From contig CM030334.1 of the NCBI GenBank assembly GCA_017654855.1, positions 2,480,001 to 2,544,000 of the forward strand: 64,000 nucleotides of DNA, read 5' to 3'. The number at the start of each line of letters is the position of its first letter. Position 1 is the stretch's first letter. Made by a program: the position numbers and the translations under genes. This DNA is from Podospora anserina. Taxonomy: Eukaryota. The notes beneath the pieces are model-generated. The model was not told where the DNA came from. It did not search any database and worked only from the letters and a program-made list of their open reading frames with translations. Shown one piece after another: positions 11,647-24,412 of the stretch.

Positions 11647-13183
11647 CCCAAGCTCTTTCCTCCTGCGAGCGCAGGTGTATGCGCGGTCGATGCTGTGAAT
11701 GGGAATTCCTGCGGCAGGCCGATCAATGGCACGGTGGGGCTCCGTTGAACAACGTTTTTCCCCACAATCTCATAGGGCGGCTGCTGCTGGGGACGAAGTA
11801 GGCCGAACAAAAAATGGCTCTCAATGGCAAAATCGGATCTGGTGGGGATTTTCCTCGAGATATCTATTTATCGTCGTAGATATCTGTTTCCGTATCTGTA
11901 TCTGTATCGGTATGTGTAGCTGGATCGCCAAGACTGCTGTTCGGATAATACGACAAAGAGATTTCCTGGGCGGCTCTATGTTTAGGTAGGTGAAGATCGC
12001 AGCCGAGTGGGAACTATACGCGGTACATTCGATATCCGAACAGGTATTTCGCTGAAACCGAGTAGGAGGAACGTAAGGAAGTCGTGTGACGGGCGGAACA
12101 GCACCAGCATCTGATATTTATGACTGCCCCTTGCCTTGTGGATGGTTGTGCAGCAGTACCTAAGCAGGCGGGCTGGGTAGCTGAGCCAAAGAGATCGTCC
12201 ACACGGATCACGTTTTCATGTGAGGGTGGTCGACTTGCCGGCAGATTCAAGGCAAGGTGAGAGGCCTGGGGCAGCCCAGGACTGGCTGCGGATGGAGACC
12301 CGGGGCCCTAGAAACCAGGAAGATGGCTTGGCGTTCTGGAAAACAGAACTGACAGCAGAGTATTGCCTGGGCGGTGACAGCGAGATGTGTCAAGGCCCAT
12401 GAGGAGACCGCCATGTGTTGCCCTGCTAGTGCTCTACAGATCTCACCGTGACACATGCACAGCCAGGACACTTCTATCAGAGGCGGGCAGTGCCTCATGT
12501 TCAAATCAGAGTGAGGCCGATGACTGGGAGGGCCGGAACCCAGTTGCTTGGTTGCCCTGGTTTTGGTGGAATATCTCTGCCCACGGGTTGGAAGCTTCTC
12601 TCTCGTTCGCCTATTCCCGCTGGTCTCGGCGGTTCAGTAGACTATCTTACAGCTGATCTTGAAGCCGTGAAAGTGACAGATGGTGATATCTTGGAACAGA
12701 ATGGGATTTCGATGCAATGGGATCTCTTTGCCTTATCTTATCACAGCCCCCCCCATGCCATCGGCAGCCGCGAGCCAGGGAGCCAGGCCACCCCAGGGCC
12801 GGAGTGGGGTTCCTAGCTTGCTCCAATCTGCATTCAATCATCGATTGGTTACGCCTTCCAGCTGTCGAACTTCCATCGCAGCAGTTGCATTCGATGAATG
12901 ATTTAACCACATCCCAAAGCACCCAGACGCACCACACGGTCCCCCTCACTCTCAAGATCTCAGCCCATCGATTACTTTTGTTCATTAGTGCCCACAGACT
13001 CGTCCTCTAGCCATTTGCTCCCCATCATTCCAATCTTTACATCTTCAATCCGCCCGCCATACAACTAATACCGTACAACTACATACTCCGACGCAAAGAA
13101 CGACCACATACCTTTCCACGAATCAGTCTCTATTGGCTGGCCACCCTTTGATCAGCAGCTATCAGCAGAAACCCGAGCTCGCT

Positions 13184-16100
13184 ATGACGATGGCCCAGGC
13201 CTCGAGCCCTCCAGTGCTCACACCGCACAAGATAACTAGAAGCTATTCAGAACAGGTTGCCGAGCTTCGAGCAATCAAGGACAAGTGTATTGGTCATCTG
13301 CAAAACAAAGAAGAATGGGTCGAGAAGGGTATACTGGGGTCTATCCTCCAGGCGCTACAAGGTAGCGCTCCGTCACACGTGCGGACAGAGGAGGACTCTG
13401 TTCGTCTGCTGTGTCTGGAGCTGCTTGCAAGTATCTCAGGTGGCAAGTATCTCTTCTCCCAAGCGGCTGCTCCTGGTGCTAACGTTCGTCAGGGGGGCCA
13501 CAATTTCTTAACCCCCTTCATGCGGTCGACGTTGTCCCAACAGTCCTATCTTATATTTCTCTCGCCCACCTAAACTCGCCCCGGGTCGTTCTGACAGCCC
13601 TCCGCATCATTCGCAACATGACCGAGGCCACGAGTGCTGCTCTACCAGGTCACGATGATCTCAACAGATTGGCCGAGGCTCTATTCAGACCGGAACATCT
13701 CGAGTCATTTTATGCTATTCTTACACAACCTTCTGCCGATTCGGTCATACAAGAGCAAAAGCGCTTGGTCTTGAGTTCGATTGCCCGGTTATGTAATAAA
13801 GAGGAACATCAAAACGTTTTGGCCGACAGTGGTGTTCTGGATGCGCTCGCGACGATACTGGCCAGTTTCATTGTGGCCCGAGGCGAGGTCATACCTGGAG
13901 CGGAAATGGTTGCGGAAACAGATGGCCTAGCTGATATGATTCCAGCCCCGGCTCCCCGAGGGGCAAGTCTCGCCTTGACGTTGGAAGCAATATCGGCCAT
14001 CATTTGCAACTCTAAGTTCCGTTGTTGCATGTTTGTGCTTTCTCCGGCAATCCTAGCCGTTCTCCCTTTGATCGACTTTACCCCTGCGTCAGCAGAACCA
14101 AGGGCTTCTGGTGCTGGCGGTGCCGCGGGCAAAAGCCACGGGGCCATGGACTATCTCCTTCCCCTAATGCCCGGTTCCCAGTCTAGGAGCAGTTCCCAGG
14201 TTGCCCAGCTTCCTCCCTCCAGCTTGTCGCGGAATGCTTCATCAAACAGGCGCTCTCAGACATACAAATTTACTGGCCTCGATCCCGCCAGTGAGGACTC
14301 GGATGCTGACAACCCGGAGAGTCCTGTGGTGCCCTGGCTTCTCAATCTTGTGCGGAAGACAAGTGGGCTCGAGAGGGTGGCAGCGGCTTCTGTTCTGACG
14401 TCTCTGTTCAAAGCCAACCTCACCCGCCTGGACCGAGAACAGGAACTGGCTTACCTCCTTGTGCCTATACTCTGCAATCTGATAAGGGATCATATGAAGG
14501 AAATTCCTCCGTCGATTTACACGACCACATTTATTGACAGTGATACGGAAAAGGACTGGGCCATTCTGGAGAAAACGCCGGAAGTGTTGGCGCGCTTGGT
14601 TGGGGGGAGCGAGATCTTGCAGAAGTCTGCTCATGAGTGTGGCGTAATCAAGACAACGGCCAAGCTTCTCAAGGATGCATATGAGCTCTTGGCTTCGCCG
14701 TTGATCCCGAGCCCGTGGACAGCATTTCCCCGTCAGAGTATGGTTTCGGAAGGGAGCCCTCCATCGTGCCAACTCGGACCGCCGGGGCCGGTCCCATTGT
14801 ACATCCATAGGATCAGGATGAGGTACAGTGCACTGACGCTCGTGGCGGGGATGTGTTCATCGCGAGAGGATTACCGCAAGGAGCTTGCTTCTCAGGAGCT
14901 GGTTCCTTTTATTGTCGAGTCGCTTGCGGTACGACCCGGGAAGCCCCAAAATCGAAAGGGGAAGTCGGCTTCCAAGAAGGAAGGGAAAGATGGGGCTGAG
15001 AGGTTGGCTTATGGACAGAACCCCACCAGCGTGATTCTGGCGGCCTGTCATGCGTTGCGGTGTCTCGGGCGATCAGTCAGTATTCTAAGGACGACCTTTT
15101 TAGATCACGATGTCTGGCAGCCTGTTTACAAGCTCATGAAACACCCCGATTTGGAGGTGCAAATTGCAGCTTGCAGTGTTGTCATCAACCTCTTGGCAAG
15201 CTCCAGTCCCATGGTTGAGGTAAGTTTTGTCCCGAATTCTGAGTGGTTGATCACATGTACTAACACTCATCTTACTAGCCTCTTCTCCAAGCGGGTATCT
15301 CCAAGATCCTCTGCGAACAAGCACACTCTCACGAGCCAGGGCTGCGTCTCAACGCGGTCTGGGCACTCAAGCACTTGATCCTCGAAGTTGACAATAGCCG
15401 CAAGAAGCAACTCCTGGAGGAGTTGGAACCCGGGTGGCTCATCCAGCTGATCAGCGATGACACATCCGAAGAGGGTGCGCCGTACACGCGGCCGCGACGC
15501 TCCACGGATGCTGACGAAGACGAGGATATGGACGCGGAAACGACAGAGGAAGAGGAGCCTCACTTGTGGACATGGCGGGGCATGGATGGAAACCCTCGCA
15601 GGATGAACTCGCCGCGGATGCAAAAAGCGAAAGAAAAACTCGAGATGCTGCGGAAAGCGGACCTGAACCCGGCGCGGAAAGCAAGGAACGACATGATTGC
15701 GATTCAGGAGCAGGCGCTGGGTTTTATTCAAAATTTCATCATGAACCCGAACACACCGCAGGACCAGACGGAGCTGGTGGATTACTTGTTTTCGGAGCTG
15801 GGGGAGAACAGGTTGTTTGGGATTCTGGCGAACAAGCTCAAGGTACGGGTGGTGGGGGCGTTTGGCCGGAAGTATTCCAAGGGGAGGGACACGCTGGCGC
15901 TGTACCCACAGGCGAAGATCATTATGGCTATCACGTTTATCTTGGTGCACATTGCGGCAAGTATCCCCAGGCATCGACAGTTGGTGATTGCGCAGACCGA
16001 GTTGTTGAAGCTGCTGGGGGGCAGCCTCGACAACGAATCGGTGGATGTGAGGAGAGGTCTTTGTCACTTGTTTGAGAACCTGAGCGTCCTGGAGGATGAT

Positions 16101-16256
16101 GAGGACAGGCAGCCTTGCGCGCAGAGGGCGTCGGAGCTGGCTAAGCTTGGGGTCTTGTCGAAGCTGGAGGGTTTGGAGACTAATGATGCGGATCTATATG
16201 TGAGAGAGAGGGCGAAGGCGGCGGTGGCTCAGTTCAAGACTCCAGCAATGGCTTAG
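13184..16256 (+). CDS. Armadillo-repeat protein ARMC8/Vid28 (GID5 subunit of the GID/CTLH E3 ligase)
   Basis: Exons 13184-13442, 13493-15219 and 15279-16256; the first intron is probably GC-AG. Motifs AACHALRCLGRSVSILRT, LRLNAVWALKHL, IQEQALGFIQN and FILVHIAAS..HRQLVI are typical of ARMC8. Confidence 0.85.
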
Positions 16257-16688
16257 GGAAAAGCGTGGAAGTTGAAAGAGCAGAGGCTAGTGAGAGACTG
16301 GACTGAGCTGGCGCATCAGAGTTTGGACCTCACGACAGAGGGGTTGAAGTTGTTGGGAGATTGGTTGTATGGAATGCGATGAAACTGGAGGAAGATGGAA
16401 AGCGTGAGTTTTTTTTGTTGTTTTGTTTTTTTGGAGTTTTTGGTTTGCTTGAAGTATGAAGTATATATATGATATGCCAAAGGGGGGTTTGGTCATGGGG
16501 AGGAGACGGGGAGAACCTTGCACACATGGAGAGGCTTGAGTAGTTTACTTGACGTGGAGGGATCATGATTACATGCCAGTAGCGAAACAATACAGCTTTT
16601 GTATGACTTATGTGCTGTGATTTGTTTATGAACATGAAGAGTCTAGATTTGCAAGCTGAGTTGCATGTGCTGAAGATATCGCCAAGAG

Positions 16689-16696
16689 CACGTGGG
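16689..16696 (+). promoter_or_regulatory. Candidate Pho4/NUC-1 E-box (CACGTGGG) upstream of the VTC gene
   Basis: GCACGTGGG lies about 560 nt upstream of the VTC2/3 ATG. VTC genes are known PHO-regulon targets in yeast. Confidence 0.4.
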
Positions 16697-17254
16697 TGAT
16701 CCCAGTGGTCGATTGGCCAATGGCTGGAGCTGGAGGACTTGACAGGGAAGCTATCGAGGTTGAAGAGTACTTTGAGGTTGATTGTAGATAGACATGACAC
16801 AGCATCGAATTCTCACAGCAAATATTTTTCAACACGTTACATAGAGGTTTGAAGTCATACATGACTTGTGTTGCTTTGAACAGCGCCGAAAACCAGTTGA
16901 TGACCTCTAAATTTCAGACCAAATTCAAACTTTTGGTAGCCTCTAACGCCCGCACCAGGGGCAACGGGTACTGTGGGGAAATGTTTCTGTGCCATCGCGG
17001 CGGGGCCTGGTTGGTTTATGACGAGACACCACTCTGCACTCTCCAAAACCGCCATCTTCATCGCAAGCTTTCTCTTTCCAACTGTATTTTTGTTTCATCA
17101 TTTTCCCCGACCTTTTGTCTCTGTGGCACCAGCAGGTCTCTCCCTCTACTGTTAACACGAGACTCCACTACATCATCTTCATTGCTCCCCCAAATCAAAC
17201 ACGCACCCAACAAATAACACCGACGCCTCCAACGGGAGAAGGCGACAGTTCACG

Positions 17255-19746
17255 ATGCGCTTCGGCAAAACCCTCCGCCAGTCGGTCTACCCGCCCTGGA
17301 AAGACCAATACATCGACTACGCCAAGCTGAAATCCATCCTCCGCGAGGACAAGCCCGACGACGAGGACGAGCCCTGGACCGAAGAAGACGAGAACCGCTT
17401 CTGCGACGAGATCTTCAACACCCAGCTCGAAAAAGTGGCCAAGTTTCAAGAGGCCAAGATTGAGGAGCTGCGCAACAGGACGGATGAGGCGGCGGAGAAG
17501 TTGAAGCATTTGAATGAGCAGCAACAGTCCGAGGAGGGTGGCGAGGATGATGCTGCCCAGGAAGAGGGGGAGGAGGGAAAACATGAAGAGGTGGCGGTGG
17601 ATAAACAGAAACTCAAAGAGATGGAGGCAGAGCTGGATGGGATCACAAACGAGGTCAAGGAGCTGCAAAAGTATAGCAATCTGAACTATACCGGCTTCTT
17701 GAAGATTGTCAAGAAGCATGATCGCAAGAGGGGGGATCGGTACAAGATTCGGCCGATGATGCAGGTCAACTTGTCGAACCGGCCGTTCAACTCGGAGCAG
17801 GCTTACTCGCCGTTGTTGAACAAGCTGTCGTATATGTATTTTGCGATTAGACGGTTTGAGGCGCCGGATGCGGGGGATGTGCTGCCTATTGATCCGGACA
17901 GCCAGCCTGAGACGCACAATGGGGAGAAGTACACGGCGCACAAGTTTTGGGTGCACCCGGATAACTTGTTGGAGGTCAAGACGTACATCCTGAGGAGGCT
18001 GCCGGCGCTGGTGTATAGTGAGCAGTCGGCCAAGGAGGTGGATGGGCAGCAGGACCCGACGATTACGTCGTTGTATTTTGATAATGCCAAGTTCCAGCTG
18101 TATTCGAAGAAGGTGGAGAGGGAGGCGGAGGCGAGTTCGTTGAGGTTGAGGTGGTATGGGCAGTTGAGCGCGAGGCCGGAGATCTTGCTGGAGCAGAAGC
18201 TGTTGCATGAGAATGGGACGAGCGAGGAGAGGAAGTTTGCGATCAAGGAGAAGTACGTCAAGGCGTTTCTGGATGGGGAGTACAAGATGGAAAAGTCGGT
18301 TCAGAAGATGGAGAGGAAGGGGCAGAAGGCGGAGGATGTGAAAGAGTTCAAGGGGACGGCGGACGCAATTCAGGAGTTTGTGAGGGACAACAAGTTGGAG
18401 CCGTTGGTGAGGGCGAATTATGTGAGGACTGCGTTTCAGAATCCGGGGGATGATCGGGTGCGGATTTCTATTGATACGGACATTGCCTTCATCCGGGAGG
18501 ACACGCTTGATCGTGACCGGCCCTGCCGCGATCCCAAGGACTGGCATCGGGCGGATATCGACAACAGCAACATGACCCACCCGTTCAAGAACATCAACCA
18601 AAGCGAGGTCTCCCGCTTCCCTTACGCGGTGTTGGAGATCAAGCTCAAGGAGGACGTCAACAACAAGCGAGGCCGTCCAGTCTGGATCCAAGACCTCATG
18701 GGCTCCCATCTTGTCCACCCCTGCCCCAGATTCTCCAAGTTTGTCCAGGGCGTCGCCTCTCTCTTTGAGGACTACGTCAACCGCCTCCCCTTCTGGCTAT
18801 CAGACCTCAACACCGACATCCGCAAGGACCCCCAGCGGGCCTTCCAAGAAGAGGAAGAGCGTCGCGCCCGCAGAGCGGAAAACGAGCAAGTGGTCGGGTC
18901 ATTCCTGGGGACCAAACTGTCGTCGTATAAACCCTCCCGCTCGTCCCCAGCAGCAAAATCCTACCTCGCCGACCGGATGGCGACCGACGCTGCTGCTGCC
19001 GCCGCCTCCCCAAAGTCAGGCGTTACAACCTCCAATCAACAACAGGCCGTGTCCACCCCCGCCGGCGACGAAGCCGGCGAGTCCTCCCAGTCCCAACCCC
19101 TCATCCCCCGCGAGAACCGCGAGATCAACTACGGCACCCTCTCCTCCGTCCTCCCCGGCTTTTCCCTGTCCAAGTACAGCAGAGCCAAACGCGCCCGCGA
19201 AGCGGGCATCACCTCCATGCCCCCTGGAGTGACGGAACCAAAGGAGTGGATCAAGAACTCTGGCCCGTTGCAAATCGAACCAAAAGTCTGGCTGGCAAAC
19301 GAGCGGACGTTTTTGAAGTGGCAGCACATCTGTGTATTGCTGGGGGGGTTGGCGATCAGTTTGTACACTGCCTCTGCGAGCTCGAAGGGAGGGAACTTGC
19401 TGGGGGAGGTGATGGGGATGGTTTTCTTGGGTGTGGCGGCGTTTACGGGGGGTTGGAGCTGGTGGGTGTTGAGGAGGAGGAGGGAGATGATTGTGGGGAG
19501 GAGCGGGAAGGATTTTGATTTTGTGCTGGGGCCGATGGTGGTGGCGGGGGCGCTTGGGGTGGCGCTGGTGGTGAATTTTGGGATTGCGGTGAGTACACTA
19601 ACTACGCTTTTGATTGAAACCGGAGGGGGGAAGGTTGTGTGCTAATTTGTGTGATGTAGTATCAACAGGCTTTTGAGAAGCATTTGGGGGGTGATGGGGG
19701 GCATCATGGGAATCGGAGTGGGGTTGATATGGGGGATTTGAGGTGA
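17255..19746 (+). CDS. VTC2: Vacuolar transporter chaperone subunit, Vtc2/Vtc3 type (SPX + VTC + DUF202 TM)
   Basis: SPX N-terminus MRFGKTLRQSVYPPWKDQYIDY, KFWVHPDN and KVWLANERTF are Vtc2/3-type variants rather than Vtc4. Terminal intron 19589-19659, last exon 19660-19746. Confidence 0.88.
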
Positions 19747-20228
19747 GTAAAAGAGGACCGGTATGAGTGATAGCAGGAGTCATAGTAGGAGTTTTAGGGG
19801 GAGTGAAATGGGTTATGAGAGGATAGTGTTGTTGTGTTTTGGAGAGGTGATGTTGGATGTCTGTGCGGTTCTGTTTACTTTTTTGAATCAGGGGTTCAGG
19901 GGAGAGTTTTTTTTTTGCAAATCATAGCATTGACAAGCGGTATTGTATATTGGTATGAGAGGCAGGGGCACAGCTTAGATTGTATAACAGAGAAGGGCCT
20001 CAATATCAGTTTCAACCATGTGCTTCGTGAAATGGCGTTTCTTGTGATTTCTCTTGTTCCGCCCCTTTCTATATGCTACATCATTTATCGTTACAAAGAA
20101 ACCTTCCCGTATCAAACACGACCGTTCCATATGTTTTTACACTTTCAATACCCTCCCCCATTCACGCCATTTTCAACCCAGGGGTATCTTGTTTTGATAT
20201 GTATGTACCTTACCTACACATGATGGTT

Positions 20229-21470
20229 CTACACCTTTGGTTGGTCCACCGGCGCGGCCCCCTCGCCGCCCTCTATCGATAAACTCTCCACCGCCTTCCT
20301 CAACTCCTCGTCCTGCTTCTTCCTCTGCTCCAACTGCGCGCTCACCAACCCACCGCTCTTCCTCAGCGCCTGATTCTTGGCAATAACCCTGCCAATCTTT
20401 TCCAACATCTCATCCGTCAGCACCGGCTGGCCCCTCTCCCGTCTCAGTTCCCTCAGCTTCCTGTTGTACTCCTGCACCGGCTGCAGCATCGTGTCGACGC
20501 TCTTCCTCCTGGCCTTCTTCTCGTCCTCCTGGGCCTGAATCTTGGCGATGTACTCCTCCGTGTGCCTCGTGCGGAACTTGCTGTAGCGGTTGCGGAGCTC
20601 GTCAATGACCACCTCTGGCATTGGGGGACGCAGGAGGGTGGGGATGTAGGTGCGTTCCTCGACGTCGATGCGGAGGGTGTCGATTGGGTGGTCGATGTGC
20701 TTGACGGGGGGAACGGCGGGCCAGGGGATGGTGACGTTGAGGCCGGGGACGAGGCGGGAGAAGAGGGTGCGGCGGGTGGGACGGTCGTAGGAGATGTTGA
20801 CGGGTTTGAGCTCGCGGACGATGACGTCGCGGACGTGGCCGGAGTCGGGGTGGGGGAGGGGGTAGACGAGGCGGACGGCCGAGATGGGGACGGCCATGGC
20901 GATTGGTTCTACTGGGGAGGAGCCGGGTTCGCGGAGGTATTCGGGGATTTTGACGTTGGTCTGGGGAAAGGAGGGTTAGTCATATGCTGGGGGGGTATGG
21001 TGGAGGAAGCTCACCTTGAGCTCGTCCTCCATCTCGAGGACCATGGTGTTGGTTCGGATGGTCTTGATGGGGACGATCTTGCCCTTGTAGGGGCCCTCGA
21101 GGATGACTACACGGTCTCCGGGGGCAAGGCAGAGGTTCTTGGAGCCGCCGGCCCAAGCGCAGCGGGCTTCCTTTTGGGCGGGGGTGAGCTGGGAGTGGAG
21201 GAGAGCTCTGTCGACCGAGATGGCGCCGTATGGGTTGCCGAATTCGTTGAGCTTGCCAGTGTCACGGTTGGGGGCGATGGGGCCCAACTTGAGGTCCTCG
21301 TTGCGGCGGATGATGGCCTGTCGCATGTCCTCGCCGACTTCTTCTCTGTGCCTCTTGATCTCCCTCATCCGCTCCTTCTTCTCTTGCTGGTACCGGCGCT
21401 GGGTCTTGCGCTTGATTCGTTTTGTCACCTGGCGCTCGGCCATGGCAACCCGGCGGAGGATCTTGTCCAT
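20229..21470 (-). CDS. Mitochondrial large ribosomal subunit protein uL24m (KOW; yeast MrpL40-like)
   Basis: Exons 21470-21015 and 20960-20229. KOW motif GDRVVILEGPYKGK, plus VRLVYPL and PPMP..VIDELRNRYSKFR. Confidence 0.8.
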
Positions 21471-23366
21471 CTCGGGCCGCAGACGGTCAATTGACCGTTG
21501 GTGTGCTGGGGAGTGGTGAGGGGAGTTGTGTTCGTCCTTTTGGTCGGCGGGGGAGGGGGGGACCGGGGCGGGCGAGTATCACATCCGTCGGGCGCACCAG
21601 CAGCGAATCTCAGAAAAGTTGACTGACCAAAGCTTCAATTCGTGCCATCAACGGTCCGTGTGTGCCCCGTGCACCCGGCGGTTGGAAATTTTTACGGCTG
21701 ACCCAGAGAGGCCTGTCAGCTGGCAGCTATGAACATGGCCCAGCGACCCACTTTCTGAGATATGCTGCATCTGCATCATCGAATGCTTTTGTCATGTTAT
21801 ACATGGAGAATGGATCACTATGTCAAATATCAAAAGGGGTTGAACCAACAGAGATCTCCCGTGCAGCTGCGGATAAGACACCCGGACGAGTTGACATTCG
21901 ACACGCTCGTGTTGTGATCCTGTATCTGCACATCAGACGCCGACCAGGCCGAATCCCAAGTATCAGGTCCAATCTGACTGCCTTCTCACGAGTTTGTAGG
22001 GCTGACAAGCAAACAAGCTGATGCTGAAATGGCTGGCAGTTCGTTCGGCTTTGTCCCGTTGTGCAGCTCCCGGGTTGCAGGCTGTAGGTATGGGCTTGGG
22101 AAGTCCTATGGCTGTCCCTAGGACTCCAGCGTTACGACCCATTATGACCCACACACTTCTCACTTGACACCGTAGGAGGGCAAAGACGGTGAGCTTTCTC
22201 CTCGGTCTTTGCAGATCTCCTTGTTGGGAGGTAGCCAACTAATGCACCCATCACATGCCTCGACTGTTAATAATGGATGTCATCAATGTTCGAGGTCACT
22301 GTTTCAGAAGCACAGATATTCCGTAATGGCAAGGCTGAGGGAGTTATGCTGTGAAAGGATAGCCCCCGTTCTTAAGCCTTGTGCAAGTGCAGGTGCTGTG
22401 CTTCTGGTTGATAGGGGCTTTTTTTTTTGGGGGGGCGGAAACTCCCCAATCGGTCGGGAGTCATAGAATTCAAGACATGTGCTCCGGCTGGTGCAGGACA
22501 GCCCTGACAATGGCATCATCGCATTCGTGGTAGGCAGCCGTGGCGATATTCCCACGTTCTTGATTGTGTTGATGGAAGAGCGAGGCCCGCCGACAATCCG
22601 ACCCCGTCTGCCCGTTCAAGATTGCCTGTCTTTCAGGGGCTTGGGATCTTTGCCAGCCCAGGGCAGAAGGCTGGGGCCACATCGGTGCACGTTGACGGGA
22701 GCATCTGCCAGCCAAGGACACCCGCTACCTAAGATATAGTTAGTCCATAGCTAAAAGTTCAGGACTCGGAGCCCGTGATGCTGTCGGTCCTCCGTAGGTA
22801 AAAAGCCACTACCTGTCAGTCAGCAGGAAGAATAAAATAAACAATTTAGAGCACTACAACATCACGAGAGAGGTGATTAAATAAGACCAAAAAGATAACC
22901 GGCGACCTCCACCACTGCCCTGCTGAACAGGGAAGCTGAGCCCAGACCAAGCGAACAGCACTTAAGCAAGCCCCCCCAAACTTTTTGTCCACTCAGAGGC
23001 CCCCGTTTCAGGCGCGCACCCACTCGTCCTCATCTTCCCGGCTCCCCCCAACGCACTGTTGCCGTTGCCCTTTCTCTGTCGTCAATTGAAAGCGACTTGA
23101 TCTTCTGCTCTTTTCCACCTCCACCTTGCAACCTTCCATCTCTCGCACTTTTGCTGCATCAACCACCCACGAACCCGACCAACTGCACCCAGACAGAGGC
23201 TCTGACTCCGCCTCCGCTCTCTCCTTGACATACAGATACCACCGCTGTTCTTCTTTTTGTTGAACATCACCCGTCTCCCGGTCTCGCAGCTCGACACGTC
23301 TGCGACCTCCCAAACCAAGCCAAACCAAACCACTTTCCCAACTTATTAACCTAATCACACGCAACA

Positions 23367-24412
23367 ATGGCCGCCGAGCTTCGCCGGAAGTTGGTTATCG
23401 TCGGTGACGGTGCTTGCGGAAAGACGTGCTTGTTGATGTGAGTAGCCTTCCATGATGCCCGTTCTGTCATGTCGGATTTAGTCCTTTCACCGCCGCAACC
23501 ATGACCTTGGCCGCGTCGTCATCAACATCATCATCAACCCCCATCATCCATCATCTACAGTTACTGACAGGTCTCGTCGCAGTGTTTTCTCCAAGGGTAC
23601 CTTCCCAGAGGTAAGATTCGAACTACTTTCACCCTCCCGTGCACGCTTCGATTGCCCATCACGCCACCCCCTGATCGCTATTGACCGCCTCTGCAACTTT
23701 GCTGCCCATACCTGGGCGTTCGATGACGATCAAGACAACCGCACCACGGCACTTGGATCGCGCTGGCACTGCCCTTCAACTATCAATTACTAACAAAACC
23801 TGCAGGTCTATGTCCCTACCGTCTTCGAAAACTACGTTGCCGATGTCGAGGTTGATGGAAAGCACGTCGAGCTCGCCCTTTGGGATACGGCTGGCCAAGA
23901 GGATTACGACCGTCTCCGCCCTCTCTCTTACCCCGACTCCCACGTCATCTTGATCTGCTTCGCCATCGACTCGCCCGATTCCCTCGACAACGTTGGCGAG
24001 AAGGTAAGTTTATGCTTATCCTACCATATTACGCTTGGACGTTACTGATGTAATTCTCTCGATAGTGGTGCTCCGAGGTACACCATTTCTGTCCCGATGT
24101 TCCCAAGATCCTTGTTGGTTGCAAGAAGGATCTCCGTTTCGACCAGAAGACCATCGAGGAGCTCCGCAAGACCAGCCAGCAGCCCGTGTCTCCTGAACAG
24201 GTATGTTTTTGCAAGGATCGTCCCCCACGACAACAACAAAAGCTGACAAATATGTGCAGGGTCAACAAGTTGCCACCAACATCAAGGCCACCAAGTATCT
24301 CGAGTGCTCCGCCAAGACCAACGAGGGCGTCCGGGAAGTGTTCGAGTTCGCGACGCGGGCCGCGTTGATGAAGAAGTCATCAAAGAAGAAGGGCAAGTGC
24401 GTCATCGCCTAA
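23367..24412 (+). CDS. RHO1: Rho1 small GTPase
   Basis: Five exons: 23367-23437, 23583-23610, 23806-24003, 24066-24200, 24260-24412. Motifs [44 protein letters not shown], polybasic tail and CaaX. Confidence 0.96.

Noticed and set aside
17195-18718. 507-aa antisense ORF over VTC2/3 (similar shadows overlap Apc15, uL24m, AVT2, the protease and NOP15)
   Set aside because: These are antisense shadows caused by codon bias of the real genes; they show no independent protein features.
17255-19746. Calling this gene VTC4
   Set aside because: The VYPPWK and KVWLANERT motifs match Vtc2/Vtc3 rather than the catalytic Vtc4.
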